From: an uncultured Candidatus Rokubacteria bacterium
Lineage (GTDB): Bacteria; Methylomirabilota; Methylomirabilia; Rokubacteriales; CSP1-6
Length of the DNA: 64,000 bases
Assembly (NCBI GenBank): GCA_963771355.1
Contig: CAVYTA010000004.1
Span: 64,001-128,000, forward strand
Direction of reading: 5' to 3'
Of the stretch, positions 58,440-64,000 are shown in pieces. The notes below the pieces were generated by a model that had not been told where the DNA came from, did no database searches, and saw only the letters and a program-made list of their open reading frames with translations. The position numbers and the translations under genes are program-made. Each line of letters opens with the position of its first letter. The stretch's first letter is position 1.

Positions 58440-58814
58440 ATGACGCGCCGAGCACTTCTGGGGGCCCTGGCCGCGCTGCTCGCCGCCGGCTGCGCTCCCG
58501 TCGAGCCGCCGACCCAGACCGGCCCGACCACCGTCACCGCCGATCGGTACTTTCGCGTGGACGCGACGCCGGGCACGGATCGGAAGGGGCGGCCCATTGT
58601 CTGGGGGTATGTCCATGGCGGGGGCCGCGGCCGCCCCCGTCTGCTCATGGAGACTCTCGACGCCGCGGGCAAGCCGATCGCACAGCAGGTCGTCTTCGTG
58701 GACCAGGACTTCGCTGGCGGCCGCGTCTACTACGAGGCGCGCCCCCAGACGCCGGGCGCTGCCTACCGCGTGACGGTGCAGGACGTCATTTCGAATTTCA
58801 ACGGCGCGCCGTAG
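58440..58814 (+). CDS. Ig-like (FxLYD-like) lipoprotein, paralogue 3
   Basis: TRRALL plus lipobox LAAGC; same conserved motifs. Confidence 0.72.
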   Translation: MTRRALLGALAALLAAGCAPVEPPTQTGPTTVTADRYFRVDATPGTDRKGRPIVWGYVHGGGRGRPRLLMETLDAAGKPIAQQVVFVDQDFAGGRVYYEARPQTPGAAYRVTVQDVISNFNGAP

Positions 58815-58966
58815 CTATCCGCCTCATCGCTCGCACAGGGCCTCGTGGGCCCACCTCGCTCGGCAAAACGCTGCCTCACGGGCCTGAGACCCTCGCCCCT
58901 TGCGGCGCGTTGCGACCACGCGCGTTGCGTGAAAGAATGCCGGCCACAGACCCTGCGGAGGGATCC

Positions 58967-60304
58967 ATGGCGGCCACACCGGCGACGAGGTATGCGAAGA
59001 GCGGCGACGTCCACATCGCGTATCAGGTGGTGGGCGACGGTGCGAACGACCTCGTGCTCGTGCCGGGCTGGGTCTCGCATGTCGAGTACGCCTGGGAAGA
59101 CCCGTCCTTCTCGGACTTCCTGAAGCGGCTCGCGTCCTTTTCTCGTCTCATCCTCCTGGACCGTCGGGGCACCGGGCTGTCGGACCGCGTCGCCGAACTT
59201 CCCACGCTCGAGGAGCGGATGGACGACGTTCGCGCGGTGATGGACGCGGCCGGCTCGGAGCGGGCAGCCGTGTTCGGGGTCTCCGAGGGCGGCCCGATGT
59301 GCATGACCTTCGCGGCGACCTATCCCGAGCGCACCTCGGCGCTCGTCCTGTACGGCACCTTCGCGAAGCTGGCGCGCGCGCCGGACTATCCCATCGGCGC
59401 CCCGGAGTCCGCGACCGTAAAATTACTCGAGCGCGTCGAAGCCGCCTGGGGCACGGGCGCGATCAGCGCAGAGCTCTTCGCGCCCAGCCGGGCCTCGGAC
59501 GAGCGCTTTCGCCAATCGTGGGCGCGGTTCGAGCGCTATGCGGTGAGCCCCTCGGGAGCCCGCGCCTTGATCCGCATGGCCGCCGACACTGACGCGCGCG
59601 GTGTCCTCTCGGCCATTCATGTCCCGACGCTCGTCATTCATCGGCAGGGCGATCTCATGAACCGTCTTTCGGGCGCTCGATACTTGGCCGAGCGCATTCG
59701 CGGCGCGAAGGTCGTCGAGCTGCCGGGCGCAGATCATTTTCCATGGGTGGGCGACACGGAGGCCATTCTGGGCGAGGTCGAGGAATTCCTCACTGGCGTG
59801 CGTCACGGGTTCGAGCCCGACCGCGTCCTGGCGACCGTGATGTTCACGGACATCGTGCGCGCCACGGAAACCGCCGCGGGGCTTGGCGACGCGCGGTGGC
59901 GCGGCCTCCTGGAAGGCCACCACGCGCTGGTGCGCGACCAGCTCGCGCGATTCCGCGGACGCGAGATCGACACCGCCGGCGATGGATTCCTCGCCTCGTT
60001 CGACGGGCCGGCGCGCGCCGTGCGCTGCGCCACCGCCGTCTCGCGCGAGGTGCGCCGGCTCGGCCTGGAGGTCCGCGCCGGCCTCCACACCGGCGAGTGC
60101 GAGGTGATGGGCGAGAAGCTCGGCGGGATCGCCGTGCACACAGGCGCGCGCGTCGCGTCGCTCGCGGCCGCGGGCGAAGTGCTCGTCTCCGGCACCGTGA
60201 AGGATCTGGTCGCCGGCTCCGGGATCACATTCGTTGAGCGCGGCACCCACACGCTGAAAGGGATTCCCGGGACGTGGCCCCTGTACGCGGTCGCGTCCGC
60301 GTAA
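58967..60304 (+). CDS. Alpha/beta-hydrolase plus class III adenylate/guanylate cyclase (LipJ-like)
   Basis: DRRGTGLSD, GVSEGG, MFTDIV, TAGDG, GLHTGE, AVHTGARV. Confidence 0.92.
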   Translation: MAATPATRYAKSGDVHIAYQVVGDGANDLVLVPGWVSHVEYAWEDPSFSDFLKRLASFSRLILLDRRGTGLSDRVAELPTLEERMDDVRAVMDAAGSERAAVFGVSEGGPMCMTFAATYPERTSALVLYGTFAKLARAPDYPIGAPESATVKLLERVEAAWGTGAISAELFAPSRASDERFRQSWARFERYAVSPSGARALIRMAADTDARGVLSAIHVPTLVIHRQGDLMNRLSGARYLAERIRGAKVVELPGADHFPWVGDTEAILGEVEEFLTGVRHGFEPDRVLATVMFTDIVRATETAAGLGDARWRGLLEGHHALVRDQLARFRGREIDTAGDGFLASFDGPARAVRCATAVSREVRRLGLEVRAGLHTGECEVMGEKLGGIAVHTGARVASLAAAGEVLVSGTVKDLVAGSGITFVERGTHTLKGIPGTWPLYAVASA

Positions 60305-60351
60305 CCTGCCGCTGAGCGGCCCCGCGCAACCAGCGGGCCACTGAACGCACG

Positions 60352-60383
60352 CGCGGGGTCACGGATCGCTCCGTAACCCCGCG
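60352..60383. terminator. Hairpin between the convergent cyclase and tRNA-Ala genes
   Basis: CGCGGGGTCACGGA-TCGC-TCCGTAACCCCGCG (GCGA loop on the minus strand). Confidence 0.6.
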
Positions 60384-60391
60384 TGAAGAAT

Positions 60392-60467
60392 TGGTGGAGC
60401 TGAGGGGGCTCGAACCCCTGACCCCAAGACTGCCAGCCTTGTGCTCTCCCAACTGAGCTACAGCCCC
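60392..60467 (-). tRNA. tRNA-Ala(GGC)
   Basis: GGGGCTGTAGCTCAGTTGGGAGAGC..CT-GGC-AG..GGTTCGAGCCCC..CTCCACCA; G3:U70 pair; encoded CCA. Confidence 0.97.
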
Positions 60468-60478
60468 ACGTGCCGCCC

Positions 60479-60507
60479 AGAATACTTTTCGCGGTCCGTT
60501 CTGTCAA
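60479..60507 (-). promoter_or_regulatory. sigma70 promoter of tRNA-Ala
   Basis: TTGACA-N17-TATTCT. Confidence 0.7.
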
Positions 60508-60564
60508 GAATGGCCGCTATTTGCGCGCGCCCGGGGAACGAGGCTGCGCGAGAACCGTGTGATC

Positions 60565-60650
60565 TGGTGCCGGAGGCGGGATTTGAACCCGCACGCCCTT
60601 GCGGGCACGGCGTTTTGAGCGCCGCGAGTCTGCCGTTTCTCCACTCCGGC
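60565..60650 (-). tRNA. tRNA-Leu(CAA)
   Basis: GCCGGAGTGGAGAAACGGCAGAC..CGGCG-CT-CAA-AA-CGCCG, long variable arm, GGTTCAAATCCC, ACCA. Confidence 0.95.
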
Positions 60651-60871
60651 CCCGAGGCGTCATACTACCATCGGGGCCCCGGGCCCTGGCCCCGTGGCGG
60701 TCGCAAGGGGCTCAGGTAGGAGGCGTGGTGCACAGACTTTGTAGCTCTCTCCGAACTTTGTCGTCAGTCCTGGTACTCCACGTCACCCTGATGACAGGCT
60801 TGGCGGCTCCCTCTGGCGTTGGACTGTTCGGCTTATACGTGATATCGAGCACTTGGCCGCTCCAGGAGATA

Positions 60872-60887
60872 TGGCAATAATCCTGCT
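60872..60887 (+). promoter_or_regulatory. sigma54 (-24/-12) promoter of the pilin operon
   Basis: TGGCAATAATCCTGCT (GG-N10-GC). Confidence 0.6.
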
Positions 60888-60941
60888 TACCGATGGAGTT
60901 AATCTATCACCGCGCACAACACTTCAGGGGGCTCAAGGGCA

Positions 60942-61469
60942 ATGGATGATGTGAAGAGCGTGAAGAAGGTCACCATGCACCCGTTCGTGGACCAGAGGGG
61001 CATGACCGTCCCCGAGATCCTCGCGGCGGTGGTCGTGATCATGGTGGCGCTCGTCGCATTGGCGTCCGCCATCCCGATCTCCGCCTATGGCATCCAGGAG
61101 GGGAGCCAGCTGACGACGGCGACCTTCCTCGCCAACCAGCGCCTGGAGCAGGTCAAGCTGAAGCAATGGACGGTGAAGCCGGACGTGGACCTTATCGGCG
61201 TCTCCGCGTCGGCCACCGCCGCGCCGCAGCAGGCCGGAGTGACGACGACCTTTCCGGACGAGAACCCGGTGGCCGCCCCGTATACCCAGTTCACGCGGAC
61301 GGTGCGGATCACCGATTGCGGGACCGGTGCCGGTTGCGGCGGCGTGGTGCACGCCGGTCTCAAGCAGGTCACGGTGACGGTGAGCTACCAACCGCTGACC
61401 GGTCAGGGACAGGCCGCGGCCGGCACCACGAAATCGGCCATCGTGTCCCTGGTGGTGGCGCGCCGATGA
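60942..61469 (+). CDS. Type IV minor pilin (PilV-like)
   Basis: Prepilin site DQRG|MTVPE plus hydrophobic helix; start may be 60975. Confidence 0.82.
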   Translation: MDDVKSVKKVTMHPFVDQRGMTVPEILAAVVVIMVALVALASAIPISAYGIQEGSQLTTATFLANQRLEQVKLKQWTVKPDVDLIGVSASATAAPQQAGVTTTFPDENPVAAPYTQFTRTVRITDCGTGAGCGGVVHAGLKQVTVTVSYQPLTGQGQAAAGTTKSAIVSLVVARR

Positions 61470-62011
61470 GTGCCCTGGCGCGGACGGTGCGAGACCAGCG
61501 CGGCTTCACTCTCGCGGAGCTCATGGTCGTGATGGCGCTCACCGGTCTGGTCCTCGCCGGGGTCTTCGCGATCCAACAGGAAGGCACCAACAGCTATCTC
61601 ATGGGCGCCGGCCGCGTCGAGACTCAGCAGAACGCCCGCGTGGCGCTCGAACAGATGGTCCGGGAGCTCCGGTCGGCGGAGTCCATCACCGCGATCGGCA
61701 GCGCGACGGACGTCACCTTTGTGGATGTCACCGGCACCACGGTGCGCTACCAGCTGAGCGGCACTACCCTGAACCGGACGGCAGCGGGTGTCGGCGGTGT
61801 CCTCATCGGAGGCGTGCAGTCCCTCTCGTTGACCTACTACGCCGCCGGCTTCGATCCCGCCACCAACACCGGGCCGACCACCACCGTCCCCGGGAACCTG
61901 AAGGCTGTCCGCATCCAGCTCACTACCCGTCCGGAGCGGCCCGCCGGCGCCGGCACACCTGGCGACCAGCGGGCGACGGTGGAATCCACCGTGATGCTCC
62001 GGAACAGTTGA
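61466..62011 (+). CDS. Type IV minor pilin (PilW-like)
   Basis: DQRG|FTLAE; QQNARVALEQMVRELRSA. Confidence 0.85.
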   Translation: MSALARTVRDQRGFTLAELMVVMALTGLVLAGVFAIQQEGTNSYLMGAGRVETQQNARVALEQMVRELRSAESITAIGSATDVTFVDVTGTTVRYQLSGTTLNRTAAGVGGVLIGGVQSLSLTYYAAGFDPATNTGPTTTVPGNLKAVRIQLTTRPERPAGAGTPGDQRATVESTVMLRNS

Positions 62012-62024
62012 CGGAGGATCCCTC

Positions 62025-63219
62025 ATGCATAGTCGCAAGCTCACTCAGATACTCACCGACGAGCGGGGGGCCGCCCTTCCACTCGCGCTGATCGCGATGG
62101 TCATGCTCACCACGCTCATCGTCGCCTTCTCGGTTCTGGCCACGACGGAGCCTCTGATCGCCAATAACCAGCTCACGGTGGCCCAGGCCCGGGCCGTCGC
62201 CGAGTCGGGGGTGGAGCGCGCCATCTGGGCGCTCAACAACGACACGCAATGCGAGCGGCCTGCCCAATCCCCTCCCCGGCACTGTTCCCGCCCCATACGA
62301 CGGCAGCGCCTCCGTCAACGTGAGCCTGGGCGGCAACACCCTCGGGGTCTACCGGGTCACGGTGACCCCCGCCGCGGCCGCCAACGAGCGGAATATCGTC
62401 TCGCTCGGCTTTCTCCCCTCCGAGGCGAGCCCGAAGTCCAAGCAGCGCATCCAGGTCACCGTGGTCAAGCTCAAGTTCCTCGATCCGCCGGCGGCGCTGT
62501 CCGTCCGGGGTGAGCTCCAGGTGGGCGGTAACACGCACATCAGCGCCCACGACGACACGAGCTGTGGCTCCAAGCCGGGAACCTACACCACGGGGACGAC
62601 CGATATACAGGGCGGCTCCGCCAATGTGTTCGGCGCCGACGGCAACACCGCGCAGAACCAGACCGGCGATGTCGCGCAAGGCCAGCCGACGGCCGCCTTC
62701 GACCAGTATCTCCTGAGCGACAGCGATATGGCCATGCTCAAGGCTTACGCGAAGTCGCAGGGCACCTACTACCAGGGCACGGTGGAGTTCAGCGCGAGCA
62801 ATCGGATGCCCAACGGCGTGATCTTCGTGGACTCCACGAGCGGCAACGCCGTCACCGATACGAGCGACCCGTCGGACATGGCGAACGTCACCATCCACGG
62901 GAACGCGCCCTCCTCCGCGGATGGCATCTTCCACGGCTGGCTCATCATCAATGGCTCGCTGGCCATCAGCGGAAACTTCCAGATGTGGGGGTACGGGTAC
63001 GTCCAGAACGACTTGACCTATACCGGCACGGGCACCGGCCAGATCGTCGGCGCGATGCTGAGCCGGAACGTTCGGGACACCTCGTCCACGACGATCGACA
63101 CCAACACCGGCGGTAATGCCAGCATCGTCTACGACTGCGCCAAGGCGCGGGAGGGCGGCGGGTTCGTGCCGGTCACCTTCTCCGTGAAGGCGGGGACGTA
63201 CAAGGAGCTCTCCGACTGA
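62025..63219 (+). CDS. PilX-like minor pilin, frameshift ~62247
   Basis: DERG|AALPLAL (no Glu5), QARAVAESGVERA; continues in the 62320 frame. Confidence 0.8.
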
Positions 63220-63917
63220 AGTACCGCAGCGCCCTCCTCGCGGTTCTGGCGCTGGCCCTCGTGGTCGGCGCGTGCCGCAATCCTCCACCGCCCGCCACGG
63301 CGGTGGAGGACCCCGAGACGCTGGCCGCCGCCGCCCTCGGCCGGGGCGACTATGCGCAGGCCGCCATCCTGTATCGCAAGGCCATCGAGCGGCGGCCCGA
63401 CAGCGTCTCCGCCCACTATGGGCTCGGCGTCGCCAGCTCGAATCTCAACCTGCGGGACGACACCATCCGCGAGTTCCAATGGGTCCTCGCCCATGGGGTG
63501 CCGGACTCGGCAGAGGTCGACGCGGCCCGCCGCTGGCTGATCGCGGCGGGCGTCCTTCGACCGTCGGTGGCCGCCGTCACTCCGGTCGAGGCCGACCGGG
63601 GCGGGAACGGGGTCATCGAGGGCCAGGCCTATCTCGGCAGCGCGGACCAGCGGCAGCCACAGGTTCGGATGCAGCTCCACCTCGTCGGCCAACCCGACAG
63701 CCCGACGAAGGAGGAGCGTCACGTCCTCCGAACCGGCAACGACGGCTCCTTCCGATTCGGTAACGTGATGCCGGGCTTCTACATGCTCACCGACCGCGTG
63801 GCGGGCAAGCCTCAGTGGCGGCTCAAGATCGAGGTGAACACGGGAGCCACGCTCCGCCTCGATCTGAATCCGGGCAATAGCACCTCGGCGCGCGACGACT
63901 TCCCGAATCGCGGCTAG
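63216..63917 (+). CDS. TPR plus carboxypeptidase-regulatory-like domain lipoprotein (probable CTG start)
   Basis: In-frame (L)KYRSALLAVLALALVVGA-C signal; AAGGAG 8 nt upstream; YRKAIERRPDSVSAHYGLG; TGNDGSFRFGNVMPG.Y. Confidence 0.7.
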   Translation: MKYRSALLAVLALALVVGACRNPPPPATAVEDPETLAAAALGRGDYAQAAILYRKAIERRPDSVSAHYGLGVASSNLNLRDDTIREFQWVLAHGVPDSAEVDAARRWLIAAGVLRPSVAAVTPVEADRGGNGVIEGQAYLGSADQRQPQVRMQLHLVGQPDSPTKEERHVLRTGNDGSFRFGNVMPGFYMLTDRVAGKPQWRLKIEVNTGATLRLDLNPGNSTSARDDFPNRG

Positions 63918-64000
63918 CTCCCCGCGCTCCCACCCTCGCGCCGGGTCCCCTCAGGTGGGCTCGATCGGCATCCGCGCGATCCCGAGCCAGGCAATGGGCA

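Noticed and set aside
9170..62250. Multiple frameshifts (~9180, 9315, 16236, 16600, 23980, 25338, 30520, 34455, 62247) as programmed frameshifting, phase variation or mass pseudogenisation
   Set aside because: They are scattered 1-2 nt indels in unrelated genes, often in G/C runs and sometimes compensating, with the proteins otherwise intact. Long-read consensus error is the simplest explanation; read data are needed to confirm.

Overview
High-GC, gene-dense bacterial chromosomal segment. Gene content and style suggest Ca. Rokubacteria/Methylomirabilota; this is an inference, not tested. Left to right: a partial DGQHR-domain gene; a Liv-type ABC operon ending in a dihydropyrimidinase-like gene; an unusual chromate-resistance-type cluster (SOD-rhodanese fusion divergent from chrB, an ornithine cyclodeaminase-like gene, chrA and a ChrF/ArsC-fold fusion); two DJ-1 genes; an isochorismatase/MaoC/CitE/ArnT-like operon; a second Liv-type ABC operon with an embedded GT-C glycosyltransferase and methyltransferase; an orphan six-heme ActA-like cytochrome; a class III aminotransferase; MmgE/PrpD; a cupredoxin with a His-rich duplicated protein; MFS; RlpA; a sugar ABC set; a Rho homologue lacking its RNA-binding domain; asd; a Tat beta-carbonic anhydrase; PNPOx/SDR/ACAD genes; an Na+/H+ antiporter; a TreS-like GH13; an ABCD/YddA-like transporter; a SARP-STAND-TPR regulator divergent from a microprotein and a delta-60/RTX secreted protein; htpX; three tandem exported Ig-like paralogues; a LipJ-like cyclase; tRNA-Ala and tRNA-Leu; and a sigma54-type promoter ahead of a minor type IV pilin operon. 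Several genes carry 1-2 nt frameshifts that look like long-read consensus errors. I found no CRISPR array, integrase or transposase. The best novelty candidates are the extended chr-type cluster, the headless Rho, the SARP/microprotein/secreted-protein module with an 11-bp-period operator, and the in-frame 42-bp repeat.
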